From NCBI RefSeq assembly GCF_000012805.1, contig NC_007484.1:1290001-1322000 (forward strand): a DNA stretch of 32,000 nt. The letters are read 5' to 3'. Both the position numbers and the translations under genes were made by a program. Shown in pieces: positions 1-8,178 of the stretch (positions within the stretch are counted from its first letter, which is position 1; each line of letters opens with the position of its first letter). Source of the stretch: Nitrosococcus oceani ATCC 19707 (GTDB taxonomy: Bacteria; Pseudomonadota; Gammaproteobacteria; Nitrosococcales; Nitrosococcaceae). The notes beneath the pieces were generated by a model. That model worked only from the letters and a program-made list of their open reading frames with translations. It did no database searches and was not told the DNA's origin.

Positions 1-814
1 GCATTGGGGGGAGCACCCGGGGTAAATTTTCTGGCAACCCGCCCCCAGTGATATGGGCTAAGGCATGTATTTCAATAACTTCCAGCAGCTGTAGCAGGGG
101 TTTGACGTAGATGCGGGTAGGGGTCAACAAGGCATCGCCTAGGGTCTGGTCCGCCAAGGGGCTATTTAGTGAGTAGCGGCTGCGTTCCAGAATTTTGCGG
201 ATCAGAGAATAGCCGTTGGCGTGAGGCCCGGAAGAGGCGATTCCAATAAGATGATCGCCAGCCTGTACCTGACTCCCATCAATAAGACGTTCCTTTTCTA
301 CTACCCCGACACAAAAACCGGCAAGGTCATAATCACCTGCTTGGTAAATTCCTGGCATCTCCGCCGTCTCTCCACCCACTAGTGCTACCCCGGCCAATTC
401 GCAGCCATGGGCAATGCCTTCGATGATTTCGGCGGCAATATCAACTTCTAATCGGCCTGTAGCGTAATAATCCAGAAAAAATAACGGTTCGGCTCCCTGG
501 ACAATGATGTCGTTGGCGCACATGGCAACCAGATCGATCCCAATGCTATCGTGACGATTGAGCTGAATAGCAAGTTTGAGTTTTGTACCCACGCCATCGG
601 TGCCCGCCACCAGTACGGGATGCTGGTAACGATGGATGGGTAGCTCGAATAAGCTGCCGAATCCTCCTAGGCTAGTTAATACGCCAGGGCGGGTGGTTCT
701 ATTCGCAGCAGGTTTTATCCGCTGGATAAGTTGATTACCGGCATCGATATCAACCCCAGCGTCGCGGTAGCTTAAAGGTGAATGAGAAGAGGGAGGCAGT
801 TTCTTTTTACTCAT
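1..814 (-). CDS. purM: phosphoribosylformylglycinamidine cyclo-ligase (AIR synthetase), N-terminal ~270 aa; C-terminus runs off the left edge
   Basis: My own minus-strand translation from the ATG at 814..812 gives [111 protein letters not shown]. These are canonical PurM motifs. The ORF is absent from the track because it is open at the window edge. Confidence 0.9.
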   Translation of the reverse strand, partial: MSKKKLPPSSHSPLSYRDAGVDIDAGNQLIQRIKPAANRTTRPGVLTSLGGFGSLFELPIHRYQHPVLVAGTDGVGTKLKLAIQLNRHDSIGIDLVAMCANDIIVQGAEPLFFLDYYATGRLEVDIAAEIIEGIAHGCELAGVALVGGETAEMPGIYQAGDYDLAGFCVGVVEKERLIDGSQVQAGDHLIGIASSGPHANGYSLIRKILERSRYSLNSPLADQTLGDALLTPTRIYVKPLLQLLEVIEIHALAHITGGGLPENLPRVLPPM

Positions 815-1407
815 AAATTCTTAGGCGCGGGACTGCCGACTTTAGGTGTCAGAGGAAGCGCCCTTGTCCTCCAAGTATTAAAAGTTAAAAAACGACAATC
901 GGCAGGCTTAGCGTTCTGGCAGAGCCTTCTTCCGCTTGCCACCGCGTGTAAACTGATGCGGTCTTTCAAACATCCCCCTACATAAGCCAGCCCCCATTTT
1001 GGATGTTTCACTAAACTGCCACGCTTAAATCCATGGCTGAGCGTGCCGCCGTAGGGCTTACGAATACCGCCTTTTGAAAATTGCAGCCGATGCAATTGGC
1101 GGCGATGAAAGCGCAGCGGCGTGATGCATAGCAGTTGTTTGTTGTCAGGATACGTATGTCCACCTGTCCACCCATTCGCCAGCACCCAACTATCCACGCA
1201 ATGAGCTTCAAAAACTTCCGCCATCTTTCGCTTCGTCTTTTTAAGCCCAATCCCATCCCGGAGCTCCTTGGTCTCGTAACCCTGCTTGGTTTCCACCTGT
1301 GCTATCGTCTTCAGTTCGTCGTAAAACCATTGAAGGAGTACAGGGATGTACGACGCCCCCCTAGCGACGATGCGAAGTGAAACGGCGCACGGAACGCGAG
1401 GGCCGCA
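811..1407 (-). pseudogene. IscB-like (RRXRR/HNH-RuvC OMEGA nuclease) 3' remnant: only the post-HNH linker, RuvC-III and the C-terminal tail
   Basis: The minus-strand frame is open from 1407 to the TGA at 813..811. The track ORF 811..1296 begins at an internal GTG. The translation ..ASYIPVLLQWFYDELKTIAQVETKQGYETKELRDGIGLKKTK..EAHCVDSWVLA..LRFHRRQLHR..HGFKRGSLVKHPKWGLAYVGG..RISLH..GRRLCQNAKP fits my recollection of IscB proteins. The fit covers the W..Y..L linker, the G..TK..R..GL.K.H..D RuvC-III block, and the beta-rich C-terminal tail. No N-terminal RuvC-I/II or HNH part is present. Confidence 0.6.
1331..1367 (+). repeat. repeat module A, copy 1 (37 nt, contains the palindrome GTACAgggaTGTAC); lies inside the IscB-like remnant frame
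   Basis: tgaaggagtacagggatgtacgacgcccccctagcga matches 15125..15161 at 34/37 positions by my hand alignment, in the same orientation. Confidence 0.8.
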
Positions 1408-1560
1408 TTACTTTCGTTTCGCCATGGATTCGCGTTTTGCGTCATTGGCCAGCACCGTCTCGACCAAATTCGATAGCGTTCTGTTTTCCCCCTTAGCCAA
1501 CGCTTGAAGTTGATTTTTGAGCTCAGAATCGATACGAACATTGAGTAACTCCCTAGCCAT
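1408..1560 (-). CDS. ribbon-helix-helix (CopG/Arc/MetJ-like) small DNA-binding protein, 50 aa
   Basis: It is below the ORF-track size cutoff. My translation is MARELLNVRIDSELKNQLQALAKGENRTLSNLVETVLANDAKRESMAKRK*. The segment VRIDSEL..L..LAK.ENRTLSNLVETVL is the classic beta-strand/helix/helix RHH signature. The gene is divergent from tnpB, with 35 bp between the two starts. Confidence 0.6.
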   Translation of the reverse strand: MARELLNVRIDSELKNQLQALAKGENRTLSNLVETVLANDAKRESMAKRK

Positions 1561-1595
1561 TTGATAGCACCATACAATGGTTGTACAGTTGACGT

Positions 1596-2696
1596 ATGAT
1601 AATACAATGCGCCTATAAGTTCAGGTTTTACCCAACGCCCACGCAAAAGCGGCAATTGGCCCTTGAGTTTGGCCATGCCCGTTATGTGTGGAATTGGGCC
1701 TTGGAAACCCGAACGAAGGCGTATCAAGCGCAGGGGGAGTCGTCGAATACTATAAGTCTTAGTCGCCAATTGACGGCACTGAAAAAGACGCAATGCCCCT
1801 GGTTGAGCGAAGCCACCGCTAGTTGCCATACCCAAAAGCTCAGGGACCAAGATACGGCCTTCAGGAACTTTTTCGCAGGTCGAGCGAAGTATCCCCGCTT
1901 TAAGAAGCGCCACCACACGCAATCGGTACGCTATCAGTTGGACCAACGCCATGTGGCGAAGAACTTCAACGCTGAAAGCAAGCTGTTGAAGCTGCCCAAG
2001 CTTGGCAGAGTTAAGTTGAGATGGTCCCGTGGTATCGAGGGCATCCCCAAGATGGTCACGGTCAGCCAAGCCCCGGCGGGCCGTTACTTCGTTAGCCTGA
2101 CCTGCGAGGTGGAGATTCTCCCCTTGCCTGTGCGAAGGAACGCTATCGGCGTGGATGTGGGGGTTAAGGATGTGGTCATTACTTCCGAAGGCTGGAAGTC
2201 GGGTGCGCCCAAATACACCTATCACTATGCCCGGCAATTGAAAATGGCCCAGCGTCGTTTGAGCAAGAAGTGTAAGGGCTCTCACCGGAGGCGCAGGCAA
2301 CAAGTGCGCGTTGCCCGAATCCATGCCCGGATTAAGGACAGCCGCCGGGATTTTTTGCACCAAATTTCCTCCACGCTCATCCACGAGAACCCAGTGATCT
2401 GCCTGGAGGATTTGAATATCCAAGGGATGCTGCGAAACCGCCGCCTGAGCAAAGCCGTTGCCGATTGCGGGCTGTATGAGCTCAGACGGCAAATGGAGTA
2501 CAAGGCCGCCTGGTATGGCCGTGATGTGTTGATCGCGGACCGCTGGGCACCCACCAGTAAAACCTGATCGGCGTGTGGGACTGTTCATGATAGGGATATC
2601 AATGCGGCCAAGAATGTTTTGTTTTTTGGTACGGCGGGGAGCGCCGGAACCTCTAAAGCGCGTGGAGCGGTAAAACCCCCAAGGGCCATGGCCTAG
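1596..2696 (+). pseudogene. tnpB: TnpB (IS200/IS605-family OrfB RNA-guided nuclease) interrupted at the zinc ribbon
   Basis: Track ORF 1596..2567 reads AYKFRFYPT.., with RuvC-I IGVDVGV and RuvC-II ICLEDLN. The TGA at 2565..2567 sits where the first zinc-ribbon Cys belongs (SKT*SACG). The same frame continues SACGTVHDRDINAAKNV.. to the TAG at 2694..2696. RuvC-III (HDRD.NAA.N) therefore lies after the stop. Only one CxxC pair remains of the usual two. Confidence 0.85.
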
Positions 2697-2742
2697 CCAC
2701 CGCCCGAGGACTGCTGAGAAACGCGAATTCTCCAGACTAACA

Positions 2743-2788
2743 AGGTGAGGTGGGACCGAACCGCAGTCAGTCATGGCGAAACTCCAAG
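2743..2788 (+). repeat. repeat module B, copy 1: right end of the TnpB element, probable 3' part of its omega-RNA scaffold
   Basis: aggtgaggtgggaccgaaccgcagtcagtcatggcgaaactccaag matches 14911..14956 at 40/46 positions by hand alignment. It lies about 50 nt downstream of the tnpB remnant, where TnpB omega-RNAs are encoded. Confidence 0.6.
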
Positions 2789-2818
2789 CTGAGTCCTTAT
2801 ACATGATAAACTAACAAT

Positions 2819-3874
2819 ATGAAGCAAGTTGCTTTGGCGATAGTGATATTTTATGTGCTGCCATTAGAGGTTCAAGCGATAGGAGCGGTGGATCTTTATG
2901 AAGCCCAGGTGCCTGTAAGTAATCAAACCCCCGAGGAGCAGGCGAGGGCGGTGAAAGAGGCTTTTCAAAAGGTGTTATTGAAAGTGATGGGAAACCGGCG
3001 TACCTTGGCTCGCGCACCCCTTGCCTTGTTGCTTGAGAAGTCCTCCAGTTTGGTTCAGAAATTTCGCTATAATGCTTCTGATGAGGAAAACGGTGCGGCG
3101 ACCTTTTGGGTTCGTTTTGACCCACTGGGTGTAGAGCAATTGTTACGGCAGAAAGCGCTGCCCGTATGGGGCCAGGTCCGTCCTATTTTATTGTTATGGG
3201 TTGCGATTGAAGAAGGCAGGCACCGCTATTTGGTAGATGCAGACGGCAATTTGCCTGCTGCCGAAATCCTGGAAGAGCAAGCAGGAGTACGGGGGATGCC
3301 CGTGATTTTACCTCTTTGGGATTTAGAGGATCGATCCCAGCTGTCTTTCAGCGATATTTGGGGTAATTTCCCTGAGCCTATACTGGCTGCTTCCAAGCGC
3401 TATCCCGCTTCGGTACAGTTAGTGGGGCGTTTGTCGCGCCAGAGTGAGGATGATTGGCAGGCCCGTTGGACTCTTTACGGCGTTGATAAAGCGCGAGACT
3501 GGCGGGTTAATGGCGAGTTTGAACAGGTGTTGCGTGCTGGTATCGATAAATCAGTAGACACGATTGCTGCCCAGATAGTGCCGGCTACCGGGAATAATTC
3601 ACTATCCTCGGTGCAGGTTAGGGTGACCGGAGTAACCTCGTTTATGGATTATGCTCGTCTCTTCTCTTATCTCAGCAGCCTTAGTCAAGTGATCACCATG
3701 GAGCCAGTACAATTATCCCGGGCAGAAGCAAAATTTAGGCTTGAATTGCGGGGAAAGGCCGAGGGGTTAGCCACTTCCATCCGCTTTGGGAGGGTTTTGG
3801 TGCGAGCAACGGAAGGTATGGGCACAAACATAGAGCCGAATCACATGGAATTGAATTATCGGCTATTACCTTAA
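2819..3874 (+). CDS. DUF2066-family secreted protein (conserved hypothetical)
   Basis: Track ORF with an N-terminal signal-like segment MKQVALAIVIFYVLPLEVQA, then the YEAQVPV...EEQ..A...A motif I associate with DUF2066. As I recall, pseudomonads have the same position between purM and hda. Confidence 0.65.
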   Translation: MKQVALAIVIFYVLPLEVQAIGAVDLYEAQVPVSNQTPEEQARAVKEAFQKVLLKVMGNRRTLARAPLALLLEKSSSLVQKFRYNASDEENGAATFWVRFDPLGVEQLLRQKALPVWGQVRPILLLWVAIEEGRHRYLVDADGNLPAAEILEEQAGVRGMPVILPLWDLEDRSQLSFSDIWGNFPEPILAASKRYPASVQLVGRLSRQSEDDWQARWTLYGVDKARDWRVNGEFEQVLRAGIDKSVDTIAAQIVPATGNNSLSSVQVRVTGVTSFMDYARLFSYLSSLSQVITMEPVQLSRAEAKFRLELRGKAEGLATSIRFGRVLVRATEGMGTNIEPNHMELNYRLLP

Positions 3875-4001
3875 TCTTGAATAGTTATTTTGAATCTGGC
3901 TAGAAGGAAAGAAAACAGAAAGCAATGTCAACCTGGTCCTCATGGCTGATGGTGGAGGGGAGAGCGCCCTCCTGACTTGAGGCGAAGACTATAGCGGTAT
4001 T

Positions 4002-4607
4002 ATGCAAGTAAGAGATATCCCTAACCTTCTTACTGGAATACGCATCTTATTAGTGGTGCCGCTCATCTATGCGCTGCTGGAAGAAAACTATTTGCTTGCT
4101 TTATGGGTTATTTTTGTGGCGGGCATTTCCGACGGTTTAGATGGATTTCTTGCCAAGCATTATCATTGGCAGAGTAGACTTGGCTCAATCCTTGACCCTC
4201 TAGCCGATAAGTTGTTGTTAATATCGAGCTTTATCATGCTAGCTTGGCTGGGCCATCTGCCCTATTGGCTGATGTTGTTAGCTCTTGGCAGGGATTTGGC
4301 CATTGTGTTAGGCGGCATTAGCTATCATTTTTTTATTGGCCCTTTTGAAATGGAGCCCGTTCCACTCAGCAAGCTGAACACATTATGTCAAGTATTATTG
4401 GTTATGGCTGTTATAATCGCCCAGTTACCAGGATTGGACATTCTCCAATTAACGGATTGGCTTATCTATTTAGTGGCGCTTACTACTATTTTAAGCGGTA
4501 TGCAATATATTTGGCATTGGGGAGGGCGGGCTTGGCGGTTGAACAGAACCCAAAAAACAAACGCTGAATCTCGCCGGCGACGGCCGCAAAGCACAAATCA
4601 CGGGTGA
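4002..4607 (+). CDS. CDP-alcohol phosphatidyltransferase family protein (PgsA-like)
   Basis: The family motif D-x2-DG-x2-AR/K-x8-G-x3-D-x3-D is present as SDGLDGFLAKHYHWQSRLGSILDPLADK. The protein is multi-TM and hydrophobic. Confidence 0.8.
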   Translation: MQVRDIPNLLTGIRILLVVPLIYALLEENYLLALWVIFVAGISDGLDGFLAKHYHWQSRLGSILDPLADKLLLISSFIMLAWLGHLPYWLMLLALGRDLAIVLGGISYHFFIGPFEMEPVPLSKLNTLCQVLLVMAVIIAQLPGLDILQLTDWLIYLVALTTILSGMQYIWHWGGRAWRLNRTQKTNAESRRRRPQSTNHG

Positions 4608-4619
4608 GGGATTTCGCGC

Positions 4620-5318
4620 TTGGTTACTCAGCAACTTCCTCTGCCCATTGGGGATTCCGGTGCTCCCAGTTTTGAGAATTATTATCTCGCTGCGGCCAAC
4701 CGCGAGTCTGTTGCAGCGGTAGAACGCTGCGGGCAAGGAAAAGGAGATCGTTTTCTTTGCCTCCGAGGACCTTCGGGGGTAGGAAAAACTCACTTATTGC
4801 TTGCTGCTTGTCAGATCGCGGCCCAAAAGGGTGAGCGGGTTGCTTATGTTCCCTTGAAACGGGCCGTTATCATGGCGCCCGAAATTCTGGGGGGATTGGA
4901 GGTTGCCGCCTTCGTTGCCATTGATGATATCGATCATATTGCCGGTTACCGTCATTGGGAAGAGTCCTTGCTTCACCTTTATAATCTCCTGCAGGAGGGG
5001 CGAGGCCGGCTCCTGCTGGCTTCCACCGATAAACCTAGTACGCTCCATTGGCTTTTGCCCGATCTCCGCTCCCGCTTAGGATGGGGGCTGGGTTATCAGC
5101 TCCAGCCCTTGGACGATCATCAAAAGCATGCCGCGTTACAATTCCAGGCCGCGAAAAGAGGCTTGGAGTTGCCAGATGAGGTAGCAGGTTTTTTATTACG
5201 CCATAGCGAGCGGGATATGCACTCTTTGAGCAGTATACTGGCACAGTTAGAGCGTGCCTCCATGGCGGCTCAGAGGCGGCTGACTGTTCCTTTTGTACGG
5301 CAAGTTTTAGACATATAA
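4620..5318 (+). CDS. hda: DnaA regulatory inactivator Hda
   Basis: It has the Walker A GPSGVGKTHLL, the DDID box IAIDDIDHIAG, and the typical QLPL......FENY N-terminus. The start as drawn is the TTG at 4620, so the start is uncertain. Confidence 0.85.
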   Translation: MVTQQLPLPIGDSGAPSFENYYLAAANRESVAAVERCGQGKGDRFLCLRGPSGVGKTHLLLAACQIAAQKGERVAYVPLKRAVIMAPEILGGLEVAAFVAIDDIDHIAGYRHWEESLLHLYNLLQEGRGRLLLASTDKPSTLHWLLPDLRSRLGWGLGYQLQPLDDHQKHAALQFQAAKRGLELPDEVAGFLLRHSERDMHSLSSILAQLERASMAAQRRLTVPFVRQVLDI

Positions 5319-5347
5319 CCCCGTTAACCACAATAGGGCTTTTCATT

Positions 5348-6403
5348 TTGTTGTTTCGAACCCCACCTCTGCGTTTAACGCTTCTTGTGCCAGGACTTGC
5401 TCAGGCGCTAGAAGCAAGAGCCATAGAGGGGGAGGGGGCGCGGCTACCTTTTCTGGAATGCATCATAGGACAGGCAGACGTAGAGGCGCTTACCACACCA
5501 CTGTATGAAACTTTGCTCTTTGCTTTATTTGGCATTTCTCAATCAGGAACGATGGATGTTCCCTTGGCGCCACTAATGTATTCCTGGGATAAGGGGGGTG
5601 GCTCCCCTGAGCCGGGGTGGTGGTTACGGGCAGATCCCGTCTGTTTGCACCCTGATCGGGATCGGCTCGTGCTTTTTGGACCCTCTCACCTACAGTTGAG
5701 CAGAACTGAGTCCCAGTCCTTAGCAAAGAGGGTGGCGCCCTTATTTACTGAATATGGTTGGCAATTTCAGGCCCTAGAGCCAGATCGCTGGTATCTTCGG
5801 TTGCCCCAGCCGGAGCAGGTTACTTTTACCGCTTTGACTGCGCTCGAGGGAAAGTATATTGAGCCAGGACTTCCCTCGGGCCCCAATAGTTCCCGTTGGC
5901 GGACTCTGCTCAATGAAATCCAGATGCTCCTCCATGATTGCCCTATCAATCTCGAGCGAGAGAAGCAGGGGCTTCCGTTGGCGAATAGTGTATGGTTTTG
6001 GGGGGCGGGGGAAGCGCCATCATACCCCATTCCGCCTCTGTGGCGGCAGATTGGTTGGGACCACAATCCCCTTCTTCAAGCCTTGGCTGCTTATTGCGAG
6101 ATTCCAGGCAGACCTGTGCCGGAAGGGGCTACAGTCTGGTTGGCACAAAATTCAACCATACCGGGTGACTATTTGGTGGGATTGGATTCTTTATTGCACA
6201 CACCAGACTCTTTCCCTTGTGCTGGAGCTTTGCAAGCATTGGAAGAGAACTGGTTTAGCATTTTATACGCGGCCTTACGCAACAGACAGTTAGCCAGCTT
6301 AACCTTCTATCCGATGAATGGGTATCGCTATCATTTAACTTGGCAGCGAAGCTGGCGTTTATGGCGGCGTCCGCGCTCTCTTATAAAAAGCGTGGGGGGT
6401 TAA
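5348..6403 (+). CDS. conserved hypothetical protein, RpfE-type (often mis-annotated as phosphoglycerate mutase)
   Basis: A 351-aa track ORF with a TTG start. It is adjacent to recJ, as I recall for Xanthomonas rpfE. I recognise no catalytic motif. Confidence 0.5.
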   Translation: MLFRTPPLRLTLLVPGLAQALEARAIEGEGARLPFLECIIGQADVEALTTPLYETLLFALFGISQSGTMDVPLAPLMYSWDKGGGSPEPGWWLRADPVCLHPDRDRLVLFGPSHLQLSRTESQSLAKRVAPLFTEYGWQFQALEPDRWYLRLPQPEQVTFTALTALEGKYIEPGLPSGPNSSRWRTLLNEIQMLLHDCPINLEREKQGLPLANSVWFWGAGEAPSYPIPPLWRQIGWDHNPLLQALAAYCEIPGRPVPEGATVWLAQNSTIPGDYLVGLDSLLHTPDSFPCAGALQALEENWFSILYAALRNRQLASLTFYPMNGYRYHLTWQRSWRLWRRPRSLIKSVGG

Positions 6404-6442
6404 GTCCCTACAAATAAAAATTCAAGTACTAAACGATTATTA

Positions 6443-8167
6443 ATGGCGGAGAAAGTTCTCAAACAGCGGCCTGTTAACGAGCTTGAATGGCCAGAGGCAA
6501 TCCATCCGATATTACGCCGGGTGTATGGCGCGCGAGGGATCAAGGCTCCAGATGAGCTCGACTATACCCTGGAGCGTTTACCTTCTCCATGGTTGCTGAG
6601 CAATATCAAAATGGCAGTGACCTTATTAATGGAAGCCCTCGTACGGGATTGGCGGATTCTGGTGGTCGCTGATTTTGATGCGGATGGCGCCACTAGCTGC
6701 GCGGTGGCTGTGCGGGCGCTTCGCTTAATGGGTGCCCATAAAGTAGATTATTTGGTCCCCAACCGTTTTATCCACGGCTACGGCCTTACCCCCGCCATTG
6801 TGGCGGAGGCGATGGCCCGGGGCCAGCCGGATCTCATTATTACCGTGGACAATGGGATATCCAGTCTGGCCGGCGTACAAGCGGCGCGAGCGGCCAATAT
6901 TCGTGTGCTTATCACGGATCACCACTTGCCAGGAATATCCTTGCCAGCCGCGAATGCTATTGTCAACCCTAACCTTCCCAATGATCCTTTTCCCAGCACT
7001 TGCCTCGCAGGGGTGGGTGTTATTTTTTATGTCATGCTAGCTTTACGGGCCCACCTAAGGGAGCAAGGCTGGTTTATTCGCAGAGATGAGCAGGAACCAG
7101 CGCTTGCTCCCCTGCTGGACTTGGTTGCGCTTGGCACGGTCGCTGATGTGGTGCCGCTGGATCAGATTAATCGGATCTTGGTTGCCCAAGGACTGGCCCG
7201 CATTCGGCAGAGCCGCTGCTGCGCTGGTATTCAGGCACTCGTGGCTTGCGCTCGACGCCCTCTTGAAACCTTGACCACCAGTGATCTGGGTTTTGCGGTA
7301 GGGCCACGGCTAAATGCCGCAGGGCGCTTGGAGGATATGAGCCTTGGTATTGCTTGTTTATTAACCGATTCCCTGGAGCTGGCGCAACAACAGGCTAATC
7401 AGCTTGATGGGCTCAATCGTGAGCGGCGAGAGATTGAGTCGACTATGCAAGAGCAAGCAGTAACTCATCTGGAAAATTTGGTTTTTCAAGGAGAAGAGAG
7501 GGCGCCACTAGGCTATTGTTTATTTGATGAATCGTGGCATCAAGGCGTAATCGGCCTGCTCGCTGCTCGCATTCGGGAGCGGGTCTATCGTCCAGTAATT
7601 GCTTTTGCTCCCCATGATAGTGAGGAGTTGAAGGGATCGGCCCGTTCCATTCCAGGGCTTCACATTCGTGATGCTTTGGATAGAGTAGCAACTTGCTATC
7701 CCGATTTGCTGACTAAATTTGGTGGTCATGCGATGGCTGCCGGTTTAAGTTTGCGGCGGGGCCATCTAGAGCCCTTCCGCGTTGCTTTTTTGGAGGTACT
7801 AGAAACTCTGCTTGATAAGGAAGCCTTGGAGGATGTTATTCTCAGCGATGGCAGCTTAGAACAGTGGGATCTAGAAATGGCGGAAACCTTGCGGAACGGT
7901 GGTCCTTGGGGGCAGGGATTTCCGGAGCCCTTGTTTGATGGGGTATTTCGGGTAGCAGGGTTTCGTATTGTGGGCGAAGCGCACCTTAAGCTGACGCTGA
8001 CGACCCTGGATGGTCGACAGCAACTGGAAGGAATTGCCTTTCGCTGCCTCCCACCCGACGGGTTTGCGCTTGGCATAAAAATAAGGCTTGCTTATCGGTT
8101 GGATGTCAATATATATCGAGGTTCGCGGACAGCGCAATTGATGGTGGAGCACTTAGAGTTGATTTAA
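6443..8167 (+). CDS. recJ: single-stranded-DNA-specific exonuclease RecJ
   Basis: DHH-family motifs are present: VVADFDADGATS, ITVDNGISS, ITDHHLPG, and the DHHA1 block GGHAMAAGLS. Confidence 0.95.
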   Translation: MAEKVLKQRPVNELEWPEAIHPILRRVYGARGIKAPDELDYTLERLPSPWLLSNIKMAVTLLMEALVRDWRILVVADFDADGATSCAVAVRALRLMGAHKVDYLVPNRFIHGYGLTPAIVAEAMARGQPDLIITVDNGISSLAGVQAARAANIRVLITDHHLPGISLPAANAIVNPNLPNDPFPSTCLAGVGVIFYVMLALRAHLREQGWFIRRDEQEPALAPLLDLVALGTVADVVPLDQINRILVAQGLARIRQSRCCAGIQALVACARRPLETLTTSDLGFAVGPRLNAAGRLEDMSLGIACLLTDSLELAQQQANQLDGLNRERREIESTMQEQAVTHLENLVFQGEERAPLGYCLFDESWHQGVIGLLAARIRERVYRPVIAFAPHDSEELKGSARSIPGLHIRDALDRVATCYPDLLTKFGGHAMAAGLSLRRGHLEPFRVAFLEVLETLLDKEALEDVILSDGSLEQWDLEMAETLRNGGPWGQGFPEPLFDGVFRVAGFRIVGEAHLKLTLTTLDGRQQLEGIAFRCLPPDGFALGIKIRLAYRLDVNIYRGSRTAQLMVEHLELI

Positions 8168-8178
8168 TTTAGGCAGAT

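Larger units (their letters stand above)
1408..2788 (+). mobile_element. non-autonomous TnpB element (RHH gene + tnpB pseudogene + right-end/omega-RNA module); no tnpA
   Basis: The 11-mer gtttcgccatg at 1416..1426 and its reverse complement catggcgaaac at 2772..2782 bracket the two genes. Right-end module B (2743..2788) recurs at 14911..14956, and similarity stops at ..ctccaag in both copies. The left limit is approximate. Confidence 0.55.

Noticed and set aside
782-985. A 67-aa plus-strand ORF across the purM start.
   Set aside because: It is antisense to the purM start and the IscB-like remnant tail. It has no motif or RBS.
2565-2567. The in-frame TGA in tnpB as possible selenocysteine or programmed readthrough, because RuvC-III follows in the same frame.
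   Set aside because: No SECIS-like hairpin follows the codon. The zinc ribbon has also lost one CxxC pair by deletion, so a nonsense mutation in a decaying gene is the simpler reading.
1311-2804. A 497-aa minus-strand ORF, the longest ORF in the left 3 kb.
   Set aside because: It is exactly antisense to the tnpB pseudogene, whose sense frame has clear TnpB motifs. Its translation is R/G/L/P-rich with no recognisable domain, as expected for an antisense frame. The real minus-strand gene here is the short RHH ORF, which lies in a different frame.
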